From an uncultured Ruminococcus sp. (lineage in GTDB: Bacteria; Bacillota; Clostridia; Oscillospirales; CAG-272), in assembly GCA_902782445.1 (NCBI GenBank), contig CACZNC010000001.1, forward strand, positions 9,939 to 73,938: 64,000 nucleotides of DNA, given 5' to 3'. This document shows positions 28,788-37,953 of this stretch, one piece after another. Each line of letters opens with the position of its first letter. Position 1 is the first letter of the stretch. The position numbers and the translations under genes were made by a program. The notes beneath the pieces were generated by a model, which worked only from the letters and a program-made list of their open reading frames with translations, was not told the DNA's origin and did not search any database.

Positions 28788-29671
28788 AGCTGATAGCACT
28801 CCCTTCTGACATATAAGAACAGATCCTTCAGCTTGCCGCAGAGATACCGCAGGAAGGTCCCGAGCTTGGAGATGACCCACGGCAGGAAGCGGATGGCGAA
28901 GTTGTAGAGAAGCACGGAGACGAAGAGCACAAGGCCCGCGACCATGACGCCGAGACCGATCTCGTAGATCCCCGCGATCACGGTGCCGCCGCCGATCCCG
29001 AACAGCTGCGTGATGCCGAAGATAATCGCCACCAGCGAAGCCACGGCCCCCGCCGCGACCACGCCGATGACGGCGATGATGCTTGCGACAATCAGGGCGG
29101 AGAGCACCACGAAGAGAACGGCGAAGATCGCTAACATGGCGATCACGATCCCGAGGGTGAGGGGCAGGGTGATGAAGAGGCCGACCCAGAACAGGATCAT
29201 GCCCTTGGTCGAGGGAGCGGCGTCCGGGGCGTATTCAAAATAGTCGTCCACCTGCTCCCGTCTGCGCGGCGAAGCGGAGGACCGGCTGTCCGATCTCGCG
29301 GGCTGCTGACGCCGGGGCGGGGGCTCGGGTGCCGGAGCGTCGTAGGGGATCTCGTCGGCCGGCCGGACCGAAGTCTGGGGGGCGGGCTGGATCTTCGCGG
29401 ACGGAGCGGCGGGAAGGGGCGCGTCGGGCTCGTTCTCCGGGGGCAGAACCTCCGGGGCGGGAGCCGTTCGGCGGTTTTTGTTCAGAATGGCTGCGATGCT
29501 GTCCGCAAGCTGATTGATTTCCGCGGAGGACTGGATTGCCTGGATCTCGGACAGGTCCTCGTTCGTGAAGGTCCGCCGGAGATTGGAGACATGCCTGAGG
29601 GCGGTCTCGTCCGGGATGCCGCGCTGCACCAGAGCCGATTCCAGCTCTCTCATGAAAACATTCAATTCCAT
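28784..29671 (-). CDS. DUF1700-like membrane protein with Pro-rich linker
   Basis: N-terminus MELNVFMRELESAL..IPDE resembles the DUF1700 family. Pro-rich middle, about four C-terminal TM segments. Confidence 0.6.
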   Translation of the reverse strand: MELNVFMRELESALVQRGIPDETALRHVSNLRRTFTNEDLSEIQAIQSSAEINQLADSIAAILNKNRRTAPAPEVLPPENEPDAPLPAAPSAKIQPAPQTSVRPADEIPYDAPAPEPPPRRQQPARSDSRSSASPRRREQVDDYFEYAPDAAPSTKGMILFWVGLFITLPLTLGIVIAMLAIFAVLFVVLSALIVASIIAVIGVVAAGAVASLVAIIFGITQLFGIGGGTVIAGIYEIGLGVMVAGLVLFVSVLLYNFAIRFLPWVISKLGTFLRYLCGKLKDLFLYVRRECYQL

Positions 29672-29819
29672 GCGGCAAACTCACCTCTCTTTTCAAATTT
29701 AAGGGGTAGATTTTTCGCGCGGTTCTGTGTTATAATGTCCCGGCAGGGAAAAACCGCGTCATGGTCGCTCTCTTCGGAGTGTTTTCTCTATTTTATCAAA
29801 AAACGGAGCAATAATCAAT

Positions 29820-30596
29820 ATGCGAATGAGAAAAAAACGGCACGGAAGTGAAAGACTTCTCGCTTTATCCGCCCTCCTCTACCCGGATCCCGGTGAAACG
29901 GCGGCAGATCCGGCCTCGGTCTTCGGGAACGGGAACCCCCTCGTGCTGGAAGTCGGCTGTGGGAAAGGGGAGTTCATCGCGAAGCTCTCCCTCGCTGAGC
30001 CGGAGAAGAACTACATCGCCCTCGAACGGATCTCGGACGTGGCGGTCGTGGCCGTCGAGAAGTACGCCCGGAGCCGTGGACTCGGGGATCTGGCGCCGAA
30101 CGGGGGATGGCTCGCGCCGGACGGGAAGCTCTACCGGGGCGGGGAAGCATGGGAGATCCCCCATGAGCTGCGGGGGAACGTGCGCTTCCTCGTGGCGGAC
30201 GCCGCCGACTTCTCGGCAAAAGTGCCCGACAGCTCGGTCGCGGCGATACTGGCGAATTTCAGCGATCCGTGGCCCGGAAAGGGGGACAGCCGACGCCGCC
30301 TCACCAGCCCCGCTTTTCTCGAAAACTACCGCCGCATCCTCGCAAAGGACGGGATCTTCCGGTTCAAAACGGACAACGACGGTCTTTTCGACTACACCCT
30401 CGAGACCCTGCCGGAGAACGGCTTCCGCATCCTCTGGACCACAAGGGACCTTCATGCCTCGGAGCGGGCGGCCTCCAACATCGTCACGGAGTACGAGCGG
30501 AACTTTACCGAAAAGGGCGTAAAGATCAAGATGCTCGAAGCCGCGCCGGTCAAGTCATGGTCGGAAGGGACGGTCGAAACAAAAAAATCCACTTGA
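29820..30596 (+). CDS. trmB: tRNA (guanine46-N7)-methyltransferase
   Basis: MRMRKKRHG N-terminus, LEVGCGKGEF SAM motif, FSDPWPGK, TEYE. Confidence 0.9.
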   Translation: MRMRKKRHGSERLLALSALLYPDPGETAADPASVFGNGNPLVLEVGCGKGEFIAKLSLAEPEKNYIALERISDVAVVAVEKYARSRGLGDLAPNGGWLAPDGKLYRGGEAWEIPHELRGNVRFLVADAADFSAKVPDSSVAAILANFSDPWPGKGDSRRRLTSPAFLENYRRILAKDGIFRFKTDNDGLFDYTLETLPENGFRILWTTRDLHASERAASNIVTEYERNFTEKGVKIKMLEAAPVKSWSEGTVETKKST

Positions 30597-30621
30597 CAGA
30601 AATGCCTGCAAGTGTTATAAT
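30593..30621 (+). promoter_or_regulatory. Sigma-A type promoter
   Basis: TTGACA-17 nt-TATAAT. About 130-nt leader before ATG 30754. Confidence 0.6.
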
Positions 30622-30753
30622 GGAACAGTGCGGCCGGAACGATTCGCAACACATAACTTTTCATATACTATTATACCATGAGCGTCCCGGCTTGTCAAGC
30701 GTTTTCGGAAAAATCGGAAAAACAAATCACCGGAAAGAAAGGCGGGTTCGGAA

Positions 30754-31770
30754 ATGAACGGGTTGATCCCACTTGACAATCTCAGCGTTGCCCCCGTGAC
30801 CGACGAGATCCTCGCGCTCAATCAGGTCTCCGCCGAATACGGGCTCCTCTTGACGGAAGACGAAGCGCGGGAACTCTCCGAGACCCGTTCGAAGGCTCTG
30901 AAAGAGAACGACCGGATCGAATTCGGCTCGGAGACCGTCAAAAAGATCATCGGGCGGTTCTGCTCTTCGCGGTATCTCGACGTCACCAACTACGCGGACG
31001 TTCTGAACGAGATCACGTATTATTTCTACTACATCAAGACGGAGACCGGGGACAAGATCAATGACGACGATCTGATCGAGGAGATGTTCACCCGCTTCGA
31101 GCTCTTCAGCCGCGGGGACATCGACCGGTTCGAGGCGAAGGAGATCGAGAGGATCATCCGCAAGATCGTCTCAGGCGAGCACTATCAGGCGTGGTACGGC
31201 GACGACGACCGGTTCGACCCCTTCTCCTTCGGCCGCGAGACCCCGGAAAATCTCCTCAGCGATACCGTCACCGAAACGCCGGCGGAGGACGAGGAAGGCG
31301 CGGGACGTCAAGTCGAAGCCATCGCCGATGAGGACGACGTGGACTTAGACCTCTTCGACGATTTCTCCTCCGAAGACGAAGAGGATTTCGACTACGTGGA
31401 CGCCGGATCCGGCTGGGCCAACGAGGACGACGAATCCCTCTACGACGAGGTCGGGACGGATGCGCTCGAAGAAGACGACCCGGACCATCCGTTCGCGGGG
31501 ATCGGGAAGAAAGCCGGGCAGTCCGACCGGTATTTCGCCCCGGGAAGCCTGCGCAGAATGGCGGGGATCCCTCCGAAGCAGACGGAACCGGAAGAGGAGG
31601 AAGACGAGGAGATCTCCGGGTTCGATCTGCCGGGCGGCGCGACCCTCACCGTGGGATCCTCCTGGGAGGACGTCGGGCTCGACAGCGCGGAGGATCTCGA
31701 CGATCTCGACAGCCTCCTCGACCGGATCGCGAAACTGGGAAGGGACGGAAAGGAGAACGGCGATGAATGA
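30754..31770 (+). CDS. Hypothetical protein with highly acidic C-terminal half
   Basis: 338 aa. Ordered N-terminal about 140 aa, then a D/E-rich tail. Stop overlaps the next start. Confidence 0.6.
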   Translation: MNGLIPLDNLSVAPVTDEILALNQVSAEYGLLLTEDEARELSETRSKALKENDRIEFGSETVKKIIGRFCSSRYLDVTNYADVLNEITYYFYYIKTETGDKINDDDLIEEMFTRFELFSRGDIDRFEAKEIERIIRKIVSGEHYQAWYGDDDRFDPFSFGRETPENLLSDTVTETPAEDEEGAGRQVEAIADEDDVDLDLFDDFSSEDEEDFDYVDAGSGWANEDDESLYDEVGTDALEEDDPDHPFAGIGKKAGQSDRYFAPGSLRRMAGIPPKQTEPEEEEDEEISGFDLPGGATLTVGSSWEDVGLDSAEDLDDLDSLLDRIAKLGRDGKENGDE

Positions 31771-32416
31771 ACGCGGGATCGCGCCGATTTCAAAGATCGA
31801 CCCGGCGAAGCTCGATAAAAACAATTATGCCGATTCCCTCGCTGCGGAGGCGGAGCGGGTCGGGATCTTCACCGAAGCCGATACCGCCCGGATCCGGGGA
31901 GAACTTCTCGGCGTCCTCGGAGACGTGATCGGCTATTCCTCCGAGGGGAAATCCTCGAGCGTCACGACCGACCGTGCGGGGCAGATGGCGAAGAGCATCC
32001 TCTATAATATCGGAACGGTCCTGAAATCCGCCCCGACCCCGGACGACGCCGCCCGGACGATGAAGGAAAAGCCGATGAAGGAGCTCTACGCCGAGGGGTA
32101 CGCCATCAACCTGAAGAAATGGGAGGAGGCCAAGAGGCTCTGGGGCCGGGTGCGCTACACCAGACTCCGGGACGGCGGCGAGGACTACGACAAGGCCATT
32201 GACAAAAACATCCGCATCTATCTGCGGGATTACGACCCGCGGCTCTCCGCTCATGACAAACTGTACCTCACCCTCCCGAAATTCGGGATCCGGGGAGCGT
32301 TCCACATCGGGGGAGCCGTCGCCGTGCTGAACCGCCTGCTCGAGGCCAATACCGGCAGGACCGGAGCGGTCACGGACGCAGAGTTCCGCGAAGTCGGAGA
32401 AGAACCGCGCAATTGA
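31763..32416 (+). CDS. Hypothetical protein, translationally coupled to the upstream acidic protein
   Basis: ATG 31763 (ATGAATGA overlap). 217 aa starting MNERGIAPISKIDPAKL. The track's longer ORF is an out-of-gene extension. Confidence 0.6.
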   Translation: MNERGIAPISKIDPAKLDKNNYADSLAAEAERVGIFTEADTARIRGELLGVLGDVIGYSSEGKSSSVTTDRAGQMAKSILYNIGTVLKSAPTPDDAARTMKEKPMKELYAEGYAINLKKWEEAKRLWGRVRYTRLRDGGEDYDKAIDKNIRIYLRDYDPRLSAHDKLYLTLPKFGIRGAFHIGGAVAVLNRLLEANTGRTGAVTDAEFREVGEEPRN

Positions 32417-33686
32417 CGGCGGTCATGAGGCCGAGCAGAAGGTCCGCCGCCGTCCACATCAGCCCGGGGGAGACCGCCGCGCCGAGGATCGGAGTGAACA
32501 CCGACAGCGCGAGGAAGCATCCCCGGGCTCCCTTTTTTTCGGAGAGGAACCGCACAGCGGTCAGCCCGTAGTAGATCTGGGCCACGATGCTCGCGAAGGC
32601 GAAGAGGGCGGTGGAGATCCGCACGGCGAAGGAGACCGCCTCCCCCGCCAGCGCCCCGAACGCCGCCATCGCCGCGGGAGCCGCATCGCCGGTTTCGCCC
32701 CAGGGCAGGATCCCGCCCTCCGCGTCCGCCGTCAGAAGCACGAACGCCGTCAGGGTGCAGAGGATTATCGTGTCGAAGACCACCTCGATCACACCGAGGG
32801 CGGCCTGCTTTTCCTCCGAATCCGTGTCCGCAGAAGCGTGGGCGGTGGGGGAGGTCCCGCATCCCGCCTCGTTCGAGAAGATCCCCCGCATGACGCCGTA
32901 CCGCATGGCCTCCCGCGCCGTAAATCCGACGGCACCTCCCATGACCGCCCGGGTCGAGAACGCCGAGGAGAAGATCTCCCCGATCAGGGAGGGAAGGAGA
33001 CGGGCGCGGGGAAGGATCGCAAAGAGCGCGGCTCCGATGTAAAAGAGCGTGAGCGGGGGCATCATCCGGGCGGCGAGCTTTTCGATCCGTCTCGTCCCGA
33101 AGGCGGCGGAGAGAGCCACGAGCAGGGACAGGACTGCCCCCGCAATCATCCGGTTTCCCCCGAAGAGCGAGACCGCCGCGTTCGCCTGCACGAGATTCCC
33201 CGTGACAAGGGCGTTCAAGGCGCAGAGGACCGCGAAGAAGGACGCGAGTGCATAGACGAATCTCCGCCCGCGATCCGTTTCCGCCGCCCCGCCGAGCCCG
33301 TCCCGGATCGTGTACATCGCGCCGCCCGTCCAGCCCTCCCCGCTTCGGATCCGGTACCGCAGGGCCAGCCGCACCTCCGCGTATTTCACCGGAATGACCG
33401 CGGCCGCTCCCGCCCACATCCAGAAGACCGCCCCGGGTCCTCCCGCCGTCAATGCTGATGCCACCCCGGTGATGTTCCCGACGCCGAGGGTCCCGGCCAG
33501 CGCGAGGGAGAGGGCGGAGAGGGGAGACTGGCGGTTCCTCCGGCCTTTCTCGCGCAGAAACAGCGGCTTCATATCGAGGATCTTTCCGATCCCCGTCCGG
33601 GAGACGATCCCCGCGGAGCAGAGAAAGAGCGCGGCCGGAGTCAGAACGGTCCCGAACAGGGAGGCAAGCGCGGCAAGGAAGGACAT
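32370..33686 (-). CDS. Alanine/glycine:cation symporter (AGCS family)
   Basis: 438 aa polytopic. LALAGTLGVGNITGVA..GGPGAVFWMW signature. Confidence 0.9.
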   Translation of the reverse strand: MSFLAALASLFGTVLTPAALFLCSAGIVSRTGIGKILDMKPLFLREKGRRNRQSPLSALSLALAGTLGVGNITGVASALTAGGPGAVFWMWAGAAAVIPVKYAEVRLALRYRIRSGEGWTGGAMYTIRDGLGGAAETDRGRRFVYALASFFAVLCALNALVTGNLVQANAAVSLFGGNRMIAGAVLSLLVALSAAFGTRRIEKLAARMMPPLTLFYIGAALFAILPRARLLPSLIGEIFSSAFSTRAVMGGAVGFTAREAMRYGVMRGIFSNEAGCGTSPTAHASADTDSEEKQAALGVIEVVFDTIILCTLTAFVLLTADAEGGILPWGETGDAAPAAMAAFGALAGEAVSFAVRISTALFAFASIVAQIYYGLTAVRFLSEKKGARGCFLALSVFTPILGAAVSPGLMWTAADLLLGLMTAVNCAVLLRLRGTLRP

Positions 33687-33746
33687 GGATCCCCCGCTGA
33701 TACAGGAAATTTACAAAATACCCGAGGATTCTGTCCGGTTGTGATA

Positions 33747-33775
33747 TTGACAGCCGTCCTCTTTTCGGGTATAAT
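33747..33775 (+). promoter_or_regulatory. Sigma-A type promoter
   Basis: TTGACA-17 nt-TATAAT upstream of ATG 33816. Confidence 0.6.
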
Positions 33776-33815
33776 GATCTTATTGAGATCATGATATGAT
33801 ACCGGAGGTTCGTTC

Positions 33816-35372
33816 ATGCGGATCAAAAGGACGTTTTCCCTTGTCGCGCTGTGCGCCGCCATCCTGCTGAATTCCGCCGCCTGTACCGCCCCAGCCCCCA
33901 CCGGAGCGGAGACGGAAGAGAAGGAAGCGTTTGAAACGACGGAAGCGCAGGCAGCGGTCCCCGACGACGAGATCATCGTGAATTTCGCGGTCTCGCCCCT
34001 TGAAGGCGGCAGTCTGTCCGGCGTGGCGTCGCAGACTCTGAGAGAAGGGGAGAAGACCACGGCGGTCGAGGCGGTCCCCGCGGCGGGATTTTCCTTCGTG
34101 AAATGGAGCGACGGGGAAAAGGACATCGTCCACCGCGCCAAATCCTACGACGAAAACACCACCCTCTACGCCTTTTTCGAGGAGTCCAACGACACCACTC
34201 CCACCCTCTACATCGACACGGAGAACGGCAAGCCCGTCTTTTCCGATATGAAGACGGTAGGATTCACCCTCACCGCCGAAAATCTCCCGCGCCGCTATGC
34301 CGTTTCGGGGGCGACCGGGCAGATCAAGTGCCGCGGCAACGCTTCGATGGGCTGGGACAAGAAGTCGTTCACCATGCGCTTCGACGAGAAGATCAAGCTC
34401 TGCGGCCTCGGCGAGGGGAAGAACCGCAACTGGGTCCTGATCTCCAACCACTGCGACCAGTCCCTTCTGCGCAACTACATCGCGTTCTGGCTCCAGAACC
34501 AGCTCGACGGGATCCCGTGGGGGCCCGACGCGCGGATGGTGGATCTCTACCTCAACGGCGACTACATGGGCAACTATATGCTCGTCGAAAAGATTACGAT
34601 GGCGGAGAACCGCATCAACGTGGAGACCATGAACGACACGGGGAAGATCGACGCGGATTTCATGGTGGAGCTCGACAACTACGCCTATAAGGGCGGGGAA
34701 AAGGGCACCGTCTGGTTCACCGCCCGGGGCTTCCCCTACGAGATCCGCGGCGAAGACGATCTGACCGCCGACCGCTGCAATTACATCGACGACTGGATGA
34801 CTTCGGCCTGGGACACGGTCTGCGACGGCTCGGACGCCGAGATCAAAAAGCTCATCGACGTGGACGCCGCCGTGGATTCCTACATCCTTGCGGAGCTGAC
34901 GAAGAACATCGACTGCGGCTGGTCCAGCTTCTTCCTCTACCGGAAGGACGGCAAGCTCTTCCTCGGCCCCTCCTGGGACTTCGATCTGGCGATGGGCAAC
35001 GACATGCGCCTCGACGCGGGCAGCTACAAGAAGCTCTACGCCGGGAAGAACAACGGCTTCGGCCAGCAAAACCACTGGTACATCGAACTCTTCGAGCGCG
35101 GATGGTTCTACGACCTGGTCGTGGAGCGGTGGAACAGCCTGAAGGAAGCGGGACTCTTCGACAATATGCTCGCTGAGATCGACAGGGCCTGGGAGATCAA
35201 CCGGGCGTCCTTCGAGCACAATTTCGAACGCTGGCCCATCTTCGGCCGCCGTCTGAATCAGGAGCCCGAGCACGTCATGGCCCTGAGTTCCGCCGAGGCC
35301 CATGTGAATTATCTGAAAGAATGGCTCGGCGACCGCATCCTCTGGCTCGACGAGACCTTCAACGGACAGTAA
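33816..35372 (+). CDS. CotH-family kinase-like lipoprotein
   Basis: Lipobox LLNSAAC. FVKWSDGEKD repeat-type N-domain. CotH-like core (LLRNYIAFWL, NGDYMGNYMLVEKI, GPSWDFDLAMG). Confidence 0.85.
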   Translation: MRIKRTFSLVALCAAILLNSAACTAPAPTGAETEEKEAFETTEAQAAVPDDEIIVNFAVSPLEGGSLSGVASQTLREGEKTTAVEAVPAAGFSFVKWSDGEKDIVHRAKSYDENTTLYAFFEESNDTTPTLYIDTENGKPVFSDMKTVGFTLTAENLPRRYAVSGATGQIKCRGNASMGWDKKSFTMRFDEKIKLCGLGEGKNRNWVLISNHCDQSLLRNYIAFWLQNQLDGIPWGPDARMVDLYLNGDYMGNYMLVEKITMAENRINVETMNDTGKIDADFMVELDNYAYKGGEKGTVWFTARGFPYEIRGEDDLTADRCNYIDDWMTSAWDTVCDGSDAEIKKLIDVDAAVDSYILAELTKNIDCGWSSFFLYRKDGKLFLGPSWDFDLAMGNDMRLDAGSYKKLYAGKNNGFGQQNHWYIELFERGWFYDLVVERWNSLKEAGLFDNMLAEIDRAWEINRASFEHNFERWPIFGRRLNQEPEHVMALSSAEAHVNYLKEWLGDRILWLDETFNGQ

Positions 35373-35381
35373 AGAGAATTC

Positions 35382-35427
35382 GGAGCGGCAGGGATCCCTT
35401 ACCCGGGGGACGCCGCTCCTTCTTTTT
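35382..35427 (+). terminator. Rho-independent terminator
   Basis: Perfect 8-bp stem GGAGCGGC/GCCGCTCC followed by TTCTTTTT. Confidence 0.65.
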
Positions 35428-35500
35428 GGACGGGGCCGTTCTTTGGTCGAATCGGAGCAAGGGCGGCGCATCATTATTCATTTTTCGTGCCATTTACACC

Positions 35501-35529
35501 TTTACAAACCGGAATTTGCGTGATATAAT
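35501..35529 (+). promoter_or_regulatory. Sigma-A type promoter
   Basis: TTTACA-17 nt-TATAAT upstream of ATG 35604. Confidence 0.55.
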
Positions 35530-35603
35530 ATACATTTAAGGGGATATCCTCCCGCCGTGCGTCAGGCGCGGGAAACCATCGGGAAACGAGGCCGAAACAG
35601 ATC

Positions 35604-36440
35604 ATGTATGAAATCGTATCGAAGACCGTTCTGAATCCCACCGTGATCAGAATGGACATAAAGGCCCCCTGGGTCGCAAGAAAAGCGGAAGCGGGGCAGT
35701 TCATCATCCTCCGCGTGGACGAGGAAGGGGAGCGCATCCCCCTCACCGTCGCCGATTACGACCGGGAGGCGGGGACCGTGACGATCATCTTCCAGAAGGT
35801 CGGCGCGACGACGGACAAGCTCGCCGAAAAAGAGGCCGGGGAGTTCATCGCGGATTTCGCCGGTCCCCTCGGGAGACCCACGGAGACGGAAGGGCTCAAA
35901 AAAGTCGCGGTGGTCGGCGGAGGCGTCGGATGCGCCATCGCGTACCCCGTGGCGAAGAAGCTCCACGAACAGGGCTGCGAGGTCCACTCCGTCGTCGGTT
36001 TCCGCTCGAAGGATCTCGTGATCCTCGAAGACGATTTCCGCCGGGTGTCCGACCGCTTCGTCCCCATGTCCGACGACGGCAGCTGGGGAGAGAAGGGACT
36101 CGTGACGAACGCCCTCCGCGCCCTCATCGAGAGCGGTGAGCAGTACGACGAGGTCATCGCCATCGGCCCGGTCATCATGATGAAATTCGTCTGCCAGCTC
36201 ACGAAGGAGTTCGGCGTCAAAACCGTCGTCAGCATGAATCCCATCATGATCGACGGGACGGGCATGTGCGGCGGATGCCGTCTCACCGTGGGCGGAAAGA
36301 TGAAGTTCGCCTGCGTCGACGGCCCCGATTTCGACGGCCACGAGGTGGACTTCGACGAAGCCATGAAGCGCGGCGCGATGTACAAGCCCTTCGAGAAACA
36401 CGCGCGGGAATGCAATCTTCTGAAAATGGGGGTGAACTGA
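35604..36440 (+). CDS. nfnA: Ferredoxin-NADP+ reductase-like subunit (NfnA / sulfide dehydrogenase-like FAD/NAD protein)
   Basis: 278 aa. GQFIILRV, GGGVGCA, C-terminal CGGCRLTVGG..FACVDGP 2Fe-2S site. Paired with a GltD-like gene. Confidence 0.85.
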   Translation: MYEIVSKTVLNPTVIRMDIKAPWVARKAEAGQFIILRVDEEGERIPLTVADYDREAGTVTIIFQKVGATTDKLAEKEAGEFIADFAGPLGRPTETEGLKKVAVVGGGVGCAIAYPVAKKLHEQGCEVHSVVGFRSKDLVILEDDFRRVSDRFVPMSDDGSWGEKGLVTNALRALIESGEQYDEVIAIGPVIMMKFVCQLTKEFGVKTVVSMNPIMIDGTGMCGGCRLTVGGKMKFACVDGPDFDGHEVDFDEAMKRGAMYKPFEKHARECNLLKMGVN

Positions 36441-36441
36441 A

Positions 36442-37830
36442 ATGCCGAACATGAGCCTGAAAAAGAACGAAATGCCCTCCCAGTCCCCCGAGATCCGCCG
36501 GAACAACTATGAGGAAGTGGCGCTGGGCTACACGGAAGAGCTTGCTCTCGACGAGGCGGCGCGCTGCCTGAACTGCAAGAACATGCCCTGCGTTTCGGGA
36601 TGTCCCGTGAACATCAAAATCCCACACTTCATCAAGAAGATCGCGGAAGGGGATTACGAAGGCGCGTACAAAATCATCGCGGATTCGAGCTCCCTGCCGG
36701 CTGTCTGCGGGCGCGTGTGCCCCCAGGAGACCCAGTGCGAGGCGAAATGCGTCCGCGGCATCAAAGGCGATCCCGTCGGCATCGGACGTCTCGAACGCTT
36801 CGCCGCCGACTGGCACAACGCCCATTCCGACGCCCTCCCCGAAAAGCCGGAGCCGAACGGACACCGGGTCGCCGTCGTGGGGTCGGGTCCTTCCGGCCTG
36901 ACCTGCGCGGGAGATCTCGCCAAAGCCGGATATGACGTCACCGTCTTCGAAGCCCTCCACACTCCCGGCGGCGTGCTGGTCTACGGGATCCCGGAATTCC
37001 GCCTCCCGAAGGCCATCGTGAAAAAGGAGATCTCCACCCTCCGCGCTCTCGGCGTCAAGATCGAGACCAATATGGTGATCGGCAAGTCCCTCACCATCGA
37101 CGAGCTGCTGGAAGACGGCTTCGAGGCGGTCTACGTCGGCACGGGAGCCGGACTGCCGCGGTTCATGGGGATCCCCGGGGAAAACCTCTGCGGCGTCTAT
37201 TCCGCCAACGAATTTCTCACCCGCGTCAATCTCATGAAGGCCTACCGCGAGGATTCGGACACTCCCATCGCCCACGCGAAGAACGTGGCGGTGGTCGGCG
37301 GCGGGAACGTGGCGATGGACGCGGCCCGGTGCGCGAAACGGCTCGGAGCGGAAACCGTCTCCATCGTCTACCGCCGGAGCGAAGCGGAGCTCCCCGCCAG
37401 AGCCGAGGAAGTGGAGCACGCGAAGGAGGAGGGCATCGAATTCCACCTGCTCTCCAATCCCACCGAGATCCTCGCCGACGAGAACGGGAACTGCGCGGGC
37501 ATCACCTGCGTGAAGATGGGCCTCGGGGAGCCGGACGAGAGCGGAAGACGCCGCCCCGTCGTGATCGAAGGTTCGGAATTCCGCCTCGACGCGGACTGCG
37601 TGATCATGGCCATCGGCACAAGCCCGAACCCGCTGATCCGGTCCACCACCGAAGGGCTCGAATGCGCGAAGTGGGGCGGGATCATCGCGGATGAGGACGG
37701 CCTGACCTCCCGGGACCGCGTGTACGCCGGAGGGGACGCCGTGACTGGAGCCGCTACGGTCATCCTCGCGATGGGAGCCGGCAAGACCGCCGCCGCCGCC
37801 ATCGACAGAAAGATCATGGGTAACGCCTGA
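36442..37830 (+). CDS. nfnB: NADPH-dependent glutamate-synthase-small-chain-like oxidoreductase (NfnB)
   Basis: 462 aa. N-terminal Fe-S Cys motifs (CLNCKNMPC, CPV, CGRVCPQETQCE). Two GxGxxG folds (VAVVGSGPSGL, VAVVGGGNVAMD). Confidence 0.9.
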   Translation: MPNMSLKKNEMPSQSPEIRRNNYEEVALGYTEELALDEAARCLNCKNMPCVSGCPVNIKIPHFIKKIAEGDYEGAYKIIADSSSLPAVCGRVCPQETQCEAKCVRGIKGDPVGIGRLERFAADWHNAHSDALPEKPEPNGHRVAVVGSGPSGLTCAGDLAKAGYDVTVFEALHTPGGVLVYGIPEFRLPKAIVKKEISTLRALGVKIETNMVIGKSLTIDELLEDGFEAVYVGTGAGLPRFMGIPGENLCGVYSANEFLTRVNLMKAYREDSDTPIAHAKNVAVVGGGNVAMDAARCAKRLGAETVSIVYRRSEAELPARAEEVEHAKEEGIEFHLLSNPTEILADENGNCAGITCVKMGLGEPDESGRRRPVVIEGSEFRLDADCVIMAIGTSPNPLIRSTTEGLECAKWGGIIADEDGLTSRDRVYAGGDAVTGAATVILAMGAGKTAAAAIDRKIMGNA

Positions 37831-37953
37831 CCGAAAACAGGCAGAAATGGATCGGGACACGGAACTTTTTTGGGGAACCCGCCGTCTAAAACGAAGAAAC
37901 CGGTTTTTCTTGCAGATGGGAGGACCGGTACAGCATCAGGGAGGAGGCAGGAG

